DNA of 64,000 bases from Anaerolineae bacterium (lineage in GTDB: Bacteria > Chloroflexota > Anaerolineae > UBA4142), in NCBI GenBank assembly GCA_034433515.1, contig DAOUAL010000102.1, positions 64,556-128,555 on the forward strand. The letters run 5' to 3'. The notes under the pieces are model-generated. The model made no database searches and was not told the DNA's origin. It was given only the letters and a program-made list of their open reading frames with translations. Within the stretch, counting starts at the first letter, position 1, and the number at the start of each line of letters is the position of its first letter. This document shows, in pieces, positions 36,283 to 44,360 of this stretch. The translations under genes and the position numbers were made by a program.

Positions 36283-36291
36283 GTGACTCCT

Positions 36292-37923
36292 TTACGCGCT
36301 CAGCGTTTTCACCAACTCGCTCAGCGCCGTTTGATACGCGGCTTCATTTTTCCAATTACTCATATCAATGACCACTCGATTTTTGCGTAGATCGGCTGCC
36401 CAGGGTTGGGGGGTCGTTGCCGCTGGCTTGTCCAACACAATGGGAAACAGAACGAGGACGTTTTGTTTGCGTTCGCGATCGAGCGCGGCTTCCACTTCGC
36501 TTTCGATCCAAGAACTTTCGATGGAATTCTCCGAGAGGAGGAGCAGCAACTTGTTGTAGGCGCGAATCGCATCGTCTGTACGAATGCGAAACCGCTCGCT
36601 GGTCTTCAAGTCTTCCGGCGCCAGCCAACAACGAATCCCCTGTCGCTCCAAATCGGTTTGCAAGCGTTTGGCAAATCCCTGATCCTTGTTCGAATAACTG
36701 ATGGCGCAAAATTCACAGGCTTGTTCTTGCGTGGCGGACGATTTGACAAAAGCGATAAATTTTTCTGGCACGCCACAGCCACGCAAGAAACTTTCTGGGA
36801 TGATGCCTTTGGAAAGGTAAATGGTATCCAAACCGATGTGAGAGGGTCCCAAGTGGGTTACGGCGTCTAACCCTTTGACGGAGCCAAAGTCAATCCCAAT
36901 GAAAACCGTTTCCCACAGGCGCGCTTGAGTCAGGTTCGCCTCGCCAAGATCCACCCCAATCAGTTTAGCCCGCGTGAGATTCGCGCTGTTCAGATTGGCG
37001 CCGCGCAAGTTCGCGCCGCTCAGATCGGCACCGCTCAAGTTGGCTTCATTGAGGATGGCGCCGGCAAGATTGGCGCCGCGCAAGTCGGCGCCGTTGAGGT
37101 CGGCGCCGGTTAGATCGGCTTCGCTCAAATCCACCCGGCTCAAGCAGGCCTTTTCTAAATTCGTGCGATTGAGATTGGCTTTTGGCATTCTTGCTAGACT
37201 GAGATCGGTTTGGCTCAAGTCGGCGCCAGCGAGTTCGGCTTCGGTGAGATCGGCGCCGCTCAGGTCCACGCCAGCGATGTTTGCCTTGCTCAAATTCGCG
37301 CGTGTCAGATTTACTCCGTCCAGATCGGCATCGCTCAAGTCCGCACCGCTCAACATGGCGCCGGTCAAATTGGCGCCGCTCAGGTCGGCTTCGCTCAACC
37401 AAACGTTATTCAATTCGGCTTCGACCAAACTGGCTTCGATGAGGTCTGCGCCGGCGAGATTGGTTTTGTTGAGATTCGTTCCATTCAGGTTGGCTTCGCT
37501 CAAGTTGGCTCGTGTGAGCATTGCGCCGCCCAAATCCGAGTGGCTGAGATCGGCGCGAAAGAGATTGGCGCGGGTTAGATCGGCGCGGAATAGATTGGCG
37601 CCCGTGAGCCGCGCGCCGATGAGTTTCGTTTCGATGAGTTTGGCTTCGATCAAGATGGCACCCTTGATCATAATCCCGCTCAAATCCGCGCCGCTCAAAT
37701 TCACGCCACTGAGATTGGCTTCGCTCAGGTCGGCTTCGATTAAATCCGCACCACTCAAATCACCCTTGAAGAGGTTGGCTTTGGAGAGATTGGCACGAAT
37801 CAGATTCAACCGACTGAGATCGGCGCGAAAGAGATCGGGTAGCGCGTCGGGATTGCGTGCGCGCCAATCATTCCAGAATCGGACGCCTTTCCGAAGCAAG
37901 GACAAGTGTTTTGCGTCTGCCAT
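36292..37923 (-). CDS. Pentapeptide-repeat protein (~62 consecutive units) with C-terminal TIR domain
   Basis: ATG 37923 after AGGGGAG (the track start 37983 is upstream). N-cap LLRKGVRFWNDWRARNP. About 310 aa of A(D/N)LxX repeats at ~36900-37836 with no register break. The C-terminal ~140 aa read FCAISYSNKDQGFAKRLQTDLERQGIRCWLAPEDL...LLLLLSENSIESSWIESEVEAAL. Confidence 0.8.
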   Translation of the reverse strand: MADAKHLSLLRKGVRFWNDWRARNPDALPDLFRADLSRLNLIRANLSKANLFKGDLSGADLIEADLSEANLSGVNLSGADLSGIMIKGAILIEAKLIETKLIGARLTGANLFRADLTRANLFRADLSHSDLGGAMLTRANLSEANLNGTNLNKTNLAGADLIEASLVEAELNNVWLSEADLSGANLTGAMLSGADLSDADLDGVNLTRANLSKANIAGVDLSGADLTEAELAGADLSQTDLSLARMPKANLNRTNLEKACLSRVDLSEADLTGADLNGADLRGANLAGAILNEANLSGADLSGANLRGANLNSANLTRAKLIGVDLGEANLTQARLWETVFIGIDFGSVKGLDAVTHLGPSHIGLDTIYLSKGIIPESFLRGCGVPEKFIAFVKSSATQEQACEFCAISYSNKDQGFAKRLQTDLERQGIRCWLAPEDLKTSERFRIRTDDAIRAYNKLLLLLSENSIESSWIESEVEAALDRERKQNVLVLFPIVLDKPAATTPQPWAADLRKNRVVIDMSNWKNEAAYQTALSELVKTLSA

Positions 37924-37943
37924 CGGCTCCCCTTTCTGCACCC

Positions 37944-37971
37944 AGTATATCGTCATTCGTATAAAAGTCAA
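37944..37971 (-). promoter_or_regulatory. Promoter of the TIR/nuclease operon (TTGACT-N16-TATACT)
   Basis: Minus strand reads ttgact tttatacgaatgacga tatact, ~20 nt upstream of the RBS. The -35 box overlaps the tail of the FTR1 terminator hairpin. Confidence 0.45.
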
Positions 37972-37993
37972 CGGCTCGCCCAAGCGAGCCGTT
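37970..37993 (-). terminator. Hairpin after the FTR1 permease gene
   Basis: AACGGCTCGC-(4 nt)-GCGAGCCGTT, followed on the minus strand by GACTTTTAT. Confidence 0.5.
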
Positions 37994-37996
37994 GAT

Positions 37997-38830
37997 TCAC
38001 TGCACGGGTGGGTTGGATTGTTGCAGACTCAAACGCTGCGTCCACCAGCGAATCGTTTGCACGACGATCAATAAATAGCCGAGGTAGGTTGCCACTTCGA
38101 GCATCGAAGGTTTGGCGTTGTAACCAACGAGCGCGCGCAAGATCGAACCGAGCACCGAATCGTTCGTGAGCAACCATTCGGTGTTCCACGCGCGATCCAT
38201 CAAAATGGGGAGCCAACCGATTTCTTGAAATTCGTGAACGGCGTGCGTGATCAAGCCCGCTGCAAAGACAATAAGCAAAATGCTTGTAACATCGAAAAAT
38301 AATTTTACGTTGAGACGGACGGCGTACACGTACATCAACACACCGAGGATGATGGCAAGGGCGATACCCATCAATGCGCCCATCAGTGTGCCTTGGGTAT
38401 CAGCGGCAAACGCATTCGCGGCGAGGAATAAGGCGGTCTCGAGTCCTTCACGGAACACGGCAAAGAAGGCGAGTCCAAACAAGCCCCACTTTTCTCCACG
38501 CGTGATGGCGGTCTGCACGTTTCGCTCGAGGGTGCTTTTGAGAAAGCGACTTTGATAACGCATCCAGAAAATCATCCACGTCAACACCGCCACCGCGAGC
38601 AACATGGTGGTTCCTTCAAAGATTTGCTCAAACGGTTCTTCCAATTCCGCGCCAAGGGCACGCATGCCCACCGCGATGAGCGTGCTGAGCCCTGTGGCTA
38701 TAATCACGCCTGCCCACACGATTGGGACGCGGTCGCGTCGTCCAATCTGTTGCAGATAACTCAGCACAATGCCGATCATGAGGGCAGCTTCCAGTCCTTC
38801 GCGGACGGTGATGAGCAGAGCCGATAGCAT
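37997..38830 (-). CDS. FTR1/EfeU-family high-affinity iron permease
   Basis: Two REGLE motifs (ITVREGLEAAL and VFREGLETALF) and seven predicted TM segments. ATG 38830 is chosen over track start 38893. Confidence 0.8.
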   Translation of the reverse strand: MLSALLITVREGLEAALMIGIVLSYLQQIGRRDRVPIVWAGVIIATGLSTLIAVGMRALGAELEEPFEQIFEGTTMLLAVAVLTWMIFWMRYQSRFLKSTLERNVQTAITRGEKWGLFGLAFFAVFREGLETALFLAANAFAADTQGTLMGALMGIALAIILGVLMYVYAVRLNVKLFFDVTSILLIVFAAGLITHAVHEFQEIGWLPILMDRAWNTEWLLTNDSVLGSILRALVGYNAKPSMLEVATYLGYLLIVVQTIRWWTQRLSLQQSNPPVQ

Positions 38831-38992
38831 AGAAGCCTTTCCGCGCAACTTTACTCTTGCGCCGTTTAGAGTTATAATTTGTTTCAGCCGCATGCTTTGA
38901 TAAGTATAGGCAAACTATTAATGTTAGTATAATATAACAAAATATATTTGTCAACTCAAAGCATATTAATCAATCGTTAAATGCGAGGAGGC

Positions 38993-39661
38993 ATGATGGC
39001 AACTCCAGCGGTCGAAGGATATTTAGAGATTATTTATATGATGGCGGCGGAGGGTCAACCGGTCATCGGGGCGCGGCTGGCAGAATCGTTGCGCGTTTCG
39101 CGGCCCACGGTTACCGCAACGCTCAAACGCATGGTGCGCGATGGCTATATCAAACTGAACGAACATAAAGAAATCACCTTGACCGCCAAAGGGCAATCCA
39201 TCGCCGAGTATCTCCAACGGCGGCATCGGATTGTGGAACGATGGTTGACCGATGAATTAGGATTGGATTGGGCAAAGTCGGATGCGGAAGCACATCGGTT
39301 GGAACATGCCATGTCGGACGAAGTGGCTGAACGGCTCAATCAATATCTTGGCTCGCCCGCCACGTGTCCGCATGGGAATCCGATTCCCGGCAATGTGCGG
39401 AATGTGGCGCCCGATCCCAAAGTGTTTCCCTTGAGCAAAGCCAATGAAGGTGACCAAGTGATCGTGATACGCATCTCGGAATATGCCGAAAATGTGTCCG
39501 AATTGCTCGAATATTTGGGCAAGCGAGGCATTATGCCCAACGCTACGTTGACCATTACGGAGGTGGCGCCGCTGGATGGACTGTTGACTTTTAAGGTGGG
39601 AAACAAAACGGTCTCGCTAAGCCGCCAAGTGGCGGGTTACGTTTGGGTGAAACGCGTATGA
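38993..39661 (+). CDS. DtxR/IdeR/MntR-family metal-dependent transcriptional regulator
   Basis: Contains VEGYLEIIYMMAAEGQPVIGARLAESLRVSRPTVTATLKRMVRDGYI, metal-site region RHRIVERWL...AEAHRLEHAMSDEV and CPHGNPIP. A C-terminal SH3-like domain is present. The start could be ATG 38993 or 38996. Confidence 0.85.
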   Translation: MMATPAVEGYLEIIYMMAAEGQPVIGARLAESLRVSRPTVTATLKRMVRDGYIKLNEHKEITLTAKGQSIAEYLQRRHRIVERWLTDELGLDWAKSDAEAHRLEHAMSDEVAERLNQYLGSPATCPHGNPIPGNVRNVAPDPKVFPLSKANEGDQVIVIRISEYAENVSELLEYLGKRGIMPNATLTITEVAPLDGLLTFKVGNKTVSLSRQVAGYVWVKRV

Positions 39662-41088
39662 TCATGTCGCCCCGCACGCGGATTGTTTGCACCCTGGGTC
39701 CATCCTCGGATACCGATGAAATAGTTCGCGCGATGATTCGGGCGGGGATGGATGTGGCACGGCTCAATTTTTCGCACGGCGATCACAAGATGCATGCCAC
39801 GCGCATTGAGCGTGTGCGCCGAATCGCGCGCGAAGAAAAGGCGAACGTGGCAATCCTTGCCGATTTGCAGGGGCCCAAGATTCGTGTGGGCGAAATCGAA
39901 AAGGGTGGGGTGCGCTTGATGCCAGGGGCAATGCTCACTCTGACACCGCGCGGGGTGTTGGGCACCGCCGAGTTGATTCATGTGAATTATCCCGGTTTAG
40001 CAGATGCGGTGTGCCCGGGCAATCGCATTTTGATGGACGATGGTTTGATCGAATTGCGCGTGGAGGCGATTCGCGGCGCCGAGGTGATTACGCGCGTGGT
40101 CAATGGCGGTGAACTCAAATCGCGCAAAGGGGTCAACTTGCCGGGGGCGCCGCTCAAAATTTCTGCGCTGACCGACCAAGATCGCGCCGATGTTCTCTTT
40201 GCGCTTGAGCAAGAGGTAGATTTCATCGCGCTATCGTTTGTGCGCCGGGTGGACGATGTGATCGAATTAAAACAATTGATTGCGTCGCAAGGCGCGCTGG
40301 TGCCGGTAATCGCCAAAATCGAAAAGCCGGAAGCGGTGCAGGAAATTGATGCGATTATGCAGGCAAGTGATGCCTTGATGGTTGCGCGTGGTGATCTGGG
40401 AGTGGAATCACAGCCCGACCAAGTTCCGATTTTTCAAAAGACAATTATTCGCAAAGCCAATGCCGTGGGCAAGCCAGTCATCACCGCAACGCAAATGCTG
40501 GAATCTATGATTCAGAATCCACGTCCCACGCGTGCGGAAGCCAGCGATGTTGCCAACGCGATTCTGGATGGCACGGATGCCGTGATGTTGTCCGGCGAGA
40601 CGGCGGTGGGCAAATATCCGGTGCAAGCGGTCGAGATGATGGCGCGCATCGGTGAGACGGTGGAAGCCAGTTTGCAGTTTCAATCGTGCGCATTTAATCT
40701 GGGAGGAAACGTAACGAGCACAACGGACGCGATTGGCAATGCGACGTGCGAGATTGCGCGGCAGTTGAACGCCAAGTTGATCATCACGGCAACCTCCAGT
40801 GGTTTTACGGCACGAATGATTTCACGGCATCGCCCTCTCACGCCGATTTTTGCGGTTACGTCGAGTGAGCGGACGAGACGACAATTGGCGTTAGTATGGG
40901 GTGTGCAGGCAACGCTGGTCTCGTCGGCGGCTCACATCGAAGATTTGGTCCAAGCGAGTTTGAACGAGGCGCGGCAGCAAGGGTTGGTGCAACCGGGCGA
41001 TGTGGTGGTGGTTACCGGCGGTGTCCCGTTGGGGATTGCCGGGCGCACGAATATGATTCAGGTGCGTGCGGTAGATGAAAAACTCTAG
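39658..41088 (+). CDS. pyk: Pyruvate kinase
   Basis: Contains RTRIVCTLGPSS, MDVARLNFSHG, MVARGDLGVE and TQMLESM. ATG 39658 overlaps the regulator stop (ATGA). Confidence 0.9.
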   Translation: MIMSPRTRIVCTLGPSSDTDEIVRAMIRAGMDVARLNFSHGDHKMHATRIERVRRIAREEKANVAILADLQGPKIRVGEIEKGGVRLMPGAMLTLTPRGVLGTAELIHVNYPGLADAVCPGNRILMDDGLIELRVEAIRGAEVITRVVNGGELKSRKGVNLPGAPLKISALTDQDRADVLFALEQEVDFIALSFVRRVDDVIELKQLIASQGALVPVIAKIEKPEAVQEIDAIMQASDALMVARGDLGVESQPDQVPIFQKTIIRKANAVGKPVITATQMLESMIQNPRPTRAEASDVANAILDGTDAVMLSGETAVGKYPVQAVEMMARIGETVEASLQFQSCAFNLGGNVTSTTDAIGNATCEIARQLNAKLIITATSSGFTARMISRHRPLTPIFAVTSSERTRRQLALVWGVQATLVSSAAHIEDLVQASLNEARQQGLVQPGDVVVVTGGVPLGIAGRTNMIQVRAVDEKL

Positions 41089-41101
41089 CGAGGGGCAAAC
41101 G

Positions 41102-41260
41102 ATGAAGACGCGCTACAGACCCAATCCGCGTGATTTTCTAACCAACTTGAATGCGCCGCCCCCGTACCCGCGCAAGTTGTGGGTGATTGCGCGAAATCTA
41201 TGGCGGCGGGTGATCTTACGACAGAATTGTTGCGGACATCGCGGCGAGCCGGGGTGTTGA
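41102..41260 (+). CDS. Small (52 aa) basic protein ending in the Cys-rich motif NCCGHRGEPGC
   Basis: ATG 41102 is preceded by GAGGGG, 13 nt after the pyk stop, and a strong hairpin terminator follows. No function recognised. Confidence 0.4.
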   Translation: MKTRYRPNPRDFLTNLNAPPPYPRKLWVIARNLWRRVILRQNCCGHRGEPGC

Positions 41261-41296
41261 GAATCCGCGCCAGCGCGTCTCGGTGAGACGCGTTAG

Positions 41297-41337
41297 AAAA
41301 TAATCGAGACGTTGCGTTTCAACGTCTCGATTATTTT
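41297..41337. terminator. Bidirectional terminator between convergent genes
   Basis: 18-bp perfect stem AAAATAATCGAGACGTTG-cgttt-CAACGTCTCGATTATTTT, with A/T runs on both sides. Confidence 0.65.
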
Positions 41338-41801
41338 CAAACCGGGTTGGTAGCGGGCGGCGGCATCGTAGATGGTGCGCCGCAGTAGGGACAAATGTTC
41401 CAGCGCAAACTGGTAACGCGATGACAATTATCACAGCGCCGTTTGAGGCGCGTATGACAATTGGGGCAGAAGAGAAAATCGGTGTGCACTTTTTGTTGGC
41501 ACGCCGGGCAAACCAATTTTTCTTCAATGTCTTGGAGTAAGGCTTCTTCGGCTAACTCGCGTTCATATTGTTCCGCTAGCGTCTCGCGAGGACGCAACAA
41601 AAGGTACAACAAAATTCCCGGGATGTTAAAGAACACCACCATCAACACCGAGAGCAACTGGGTGAACAATTCGTGGGAGCGGGATTGGACATCGCGCCAG
41701 GTCCAGATGACCAACCCAATCCACATGGCAATTAAGTACACGCCAAAGAACGCCCCCACCAGTTGTAAGAGGGTCATGATTCCGCTGAGATCAGAAGGCA
41801 T
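41337..41801 (-). CDS. Membrane protein with N-terminal two-TM domain and C-terminal double zinc-ribbon
   Basis: 154 aa. Contains CPACQ...CPNCH...CDNCH...CPYCG. RBS AAGGAG. Confidence 0.6.
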   Translation of the reverse strand: MPSDLSGIMTLLQLVGAFFGVYLIAMWIGLVIWTWRDVQSRSHELFTQLLSVLMVVFFNIPGILLYLLLRPRETLAEQYERELAEEALLQDIEEKLVCPACQQKVHTDFLFCPNCHTRLKRRCDNCHRVTSLRWNICPYCGAPSTMPPPATNPV

Positions 41802-41830
41802 TACGTAATCTCCTTGGCAAGATCGCGACC

Positions 41831-41858
41831 ATTATAGCAGAAAACAAACAAATGACAA
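41831..41858 (-). promoter_or_regulatory. Promoter TTGTCA-N16-(TGC)TATAAT for the zinc-ribbon gene
   Basis: Minus strand reads ttgtca tttgtttgttttctgc tataat, ~30 nt upstream of the ATG. Confidence 0.45.
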
Positions 41859-42152
41859 GGAACTGAGATCAGGGGAGTAATTCACTTTCGGGAGGAATTT
41901 GGCTCCCGAATACCACCCGTTTAACGTCAAGTAGGCGTGACTAGTGCAACACCATGAAATAGGTGCATCCCAGACTGAGCAGGGCTGTTACAAGTCCCTT
42001 GACAGGCGGTTAAAACCACTGCAATCGCCAGCGTTCACGCTCTTTCGATTTTGGTGATAGAGACAAGTCGGCGACTCGTCCGTACTCGCTTGGGGTCTTG
42101 GTGGCTGCGACTTTTGCAATTTTCCAAAATATCTGATAGAGGATGAACATCT

Positions 42153-42215
42153 GGTTTGTAGTAGGCGATTGATCGCCTGTTCAGACGACGCGATGAATCG
42201 CCGTAACTACAAACC
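42153..42215. repeat. Compound inverted repeat GGTTTGTAGT-(GGCGATTGATCGCC)...(GCGATGAATCGC)-ACTACAAACC
   Basis: 10-bp outer arms, each flanking its own internal mini-palindrome. It lies in a ~470-bp non-coding region. Confidence 0.6.
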
Positions 42216-42405
42216 TAAATCGCGTAGGGTGCGCAAGCCACTATTAGATTATTTTGTTAAACTGCAACAGTCGCCCGATCCGACTTGGCAACAGCCCTGT
42301 CTTTGTCCGATGTCTGTTGTCTAGCCGGATGGGTTGTGGTATAATATGGGCAGCGAAGCGTTGAAGCAAACCGAGGCATCGCGTTTCTGGAACGGAGGTA
42401 ATCAC

Positions 42406-42927
42406 GTGGATTCCAATTTGATTCCCGTCACCATAGATAGCATCCGAGTCAGTTTGGTCTCGCCACATCGCATCGTCGTGTTGAAAGATGAGAACGATCG
42501 CTTTTTGCCGATTTGGATTGGACCCTTTGAAGCGGATGCGATCCGGATTGCTTTGGAAGGCAATCAAGTGGCGCGGCCCCTCACGCACGACTTGTTCAAA
42601 AACTTGCTCAAGGAAATTGGCGGCACGCCTTTGCGCATCATTGTCAACGATTTGCACAATGATACCTTCTATGCACGCATCCTTATTGAACTCAACGGTC
42701 GCTCCATCGAAATTGATTCCCGCCCCAGCGATGCCATCGCGCTGGCGGTGCGCTTCCACGTACCGATCTTTGTGGACACGACCGTGATGAAAAAAGCGGC
42801 GATTCGTCCGAGTCAGGAGACCGAAGGCGCCGAAGAAGAGGAAGAAAAACTCGACGCGTTCCGTGATTTGTTAGAAGACCTCGACCTGGATGGGTTGGGG
42901 AAGGGCAATAATCCGAAAGAAGACTGA
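42406..42927 (+). CDS. Bifunctional nuclease family protein (BFN/DUF151)
   Basis: GTG 42406 follows GGAGG. Contains [23 protein letters not shown]...ARPLTHDL...[13 protein letters not shown]. The track start 42334 overlaps a TGGTATAAT promoter element (~42336-42345). Confidence 0.75.
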   Translation: MDSNLIPVTIDSIRVSLVSPHRIVVLKDENDRFLPIWIGPFEADAIRIALEGNQVARPLTHDLFKNLLKEIGGTPLRIIVNDLHNDTFYARILIELNGRSIEIDSRPSDAIALAVRFHVPIFVDTTVMKKAAIRPSQETEGAEEEEEKLDAFRDLLEDLDLDGLGKGNNPKED

Positions 42928-42956
42928 CATGATTCCCGACGCCCGGTCGGGAATTA

Positions 42957-44360
42957 TTGTGTGATCAAACGTTGTGTCCTTTAGTGAGGTCATCTGCTTT
43001 GCCGAATAAACTAGTGCCCAACAACATTGAGGCCGAACAAGCGGTGTTGGGCGCGCTCCTCATTGACCCCGACGCCATCGTTCGTGTGGTTCCCATTCTT
43101 CACGCTCAAGATTTCTACCTCGAAAAACACGCGTGGATTTATGAAGCGATCTACACCTTGCACGAACGCCGCGAACCGATTGACTTTCTCACCGTCGTTG
43201 CCGAATTAGAGCGCGTGGGCAAACTCAATGAGGTGGGCGGACCAGCGTACATTACGTCGCTCATCAACGCTGTCCCCACGGCGATTCACGTGGAAACCTA
43301 CGCGCATCTGGTCGAGCGCTTGTCCACACAACGCCGCTTGATCCATGCGGCAAGTGAGATTGCCACGTTGGCGTACGATGGCACCGATGACATTGAAAAT
43401 ATCATTGATCATGCGGAACGCATTGTGTTTAGCGTGGCTGAACGGCGGATGAGCCGGGACATGGTGCCGATGCGAATCGCGGTGGATCAGTTTATGGATC
43501 GCCTCGATTACGTTCAGCGTCATCAAGGCGAATTGCTGGGGATTGCCACCGGCTTTACGGATCTCGATCGGTTGCTGGGCGGCTTTCAACCGTCGGATTT
43601 AGTGATTGTGGCGGGACGCCCCGGTTCCGGCAAGACGTCGTTTGCCCTCTCGATCGCCGAAAATGCAGCCAAGAAGCAAAAAAAAGTGGCGATCTTTAGT
43701 TTGGAAATGTCTGCCGAACAATTGGTACAACGTTTGGTGGCAAGCATGGAGAAACTCGATTCGCAAAATTTGCGGCTCGGGAAAATCAGTGATGAGGATT
43801 ATCCCCGGTTGATCAAAGCCACCGGCGAACTTTCCGAGATGTCTATCTTTATTGACGATAGTGCCGCGATCACGCCGATGGAAGTCCGTGCCAAGGCGCG
43901 GCGTTTGCAAGCGGAACACGGACTCGATATGATTATCATTGATTACCTGCAATTGATGACCGTGCGCGGACGGATCGAAAATCGGGTGCAAGAGATTTCG
44001 CAAATCTCACGCCAGTTGAAAGAGTTAGCACGCGAGTTGCATATCCCGGTTGTCGCGCTTTCGCAACTCTCGCGTGCGGTGGAATCGCGCGATGACCGTC
44101 GTCCCCAACTGGCTGACCTGCGCGAATCCGGCAGTATCGAACAGGATGCGGATGTGGTTATCTTTATCTTTCGCGAAAAGATCTACTATCCGACGTTGGA
44201 AAAGTGGCAAGCCAAGCATCCCAATAAACCGTACCCCGGAAACATCGCGGAAATTATTGTGGCGAAACATCGGCACGGACCGATCCGCGACATTCAACTC
44301 TTTTTTGCCGAAGACCAAGCGACCTTTCGCAATTTAGCCACCGACCCCCGAGCAACATGA
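42957..44360 (+). CDS. dnaB: Replicative DNA helicase DnaB
   Basis: Contains PNNIEAEQAVLGALLIDP, Walker A GRPGSGKTSFAL, IIDYLQLM and SQLSRAVE. The start is uncertain (TTG 42957, GTG 42984 or TTG 42999). A hairpin at 42932-42954 separates it from the BFN gene. Confidence 0.9.
   Translation: MCDQTLCPLVRSSALPNKLVPNNIEAEQAVLGALLIDPDAIVRVVPILHAQDFYLEKHAWIYEAIYTLHERREPIDFLTVVAELERVGKLNEVGGPAYITSLINAVPTAIHVETYAHLVERLSTQRRLIHAASEIATLAYDGTDDIENIIDHAERIVFSVAERRMSRDMVPMRIAVDQFMDRLDYVQRHQGELLGIATGFTDLDRLLGGFQPSDLVIVAGRPGSGKTSFALSIAENAAKKQKKVAIFSLEMSAEQLVQRLVASMEKLDSQNLRLGKISDEDYPRLIKATGELSEMSIFIDDSAAITPMEVRAKARRLQAEHGLDMIIIDYLQLMTVRGRIENRVQEISQISRQLKELARELHIPVVALSQLSRAVESRDDRRPQLADLRESGSIEQDADVVIFIFREKIYYPTLEKWQAKHPNKPYPGNIAEIIVAKHRHGPIRDIQLFFAEDQATFRNLATDPRAT

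Noticed and set aside
36974-38074. 366-aa + strand ORF (MRFALFRLAPRKFAPLRSAPLKLASL…) plus several smaller ORFs across 36.9-37.6 kb.
   Set aside because: It is a periodic artefact of reading the pentapeptide-repeat DNA on the wrong strand, producing a 5-residue periodic SAPLK/LASLR pattern. It also crosses the promoter/terminator region and the FTR1 gene end.
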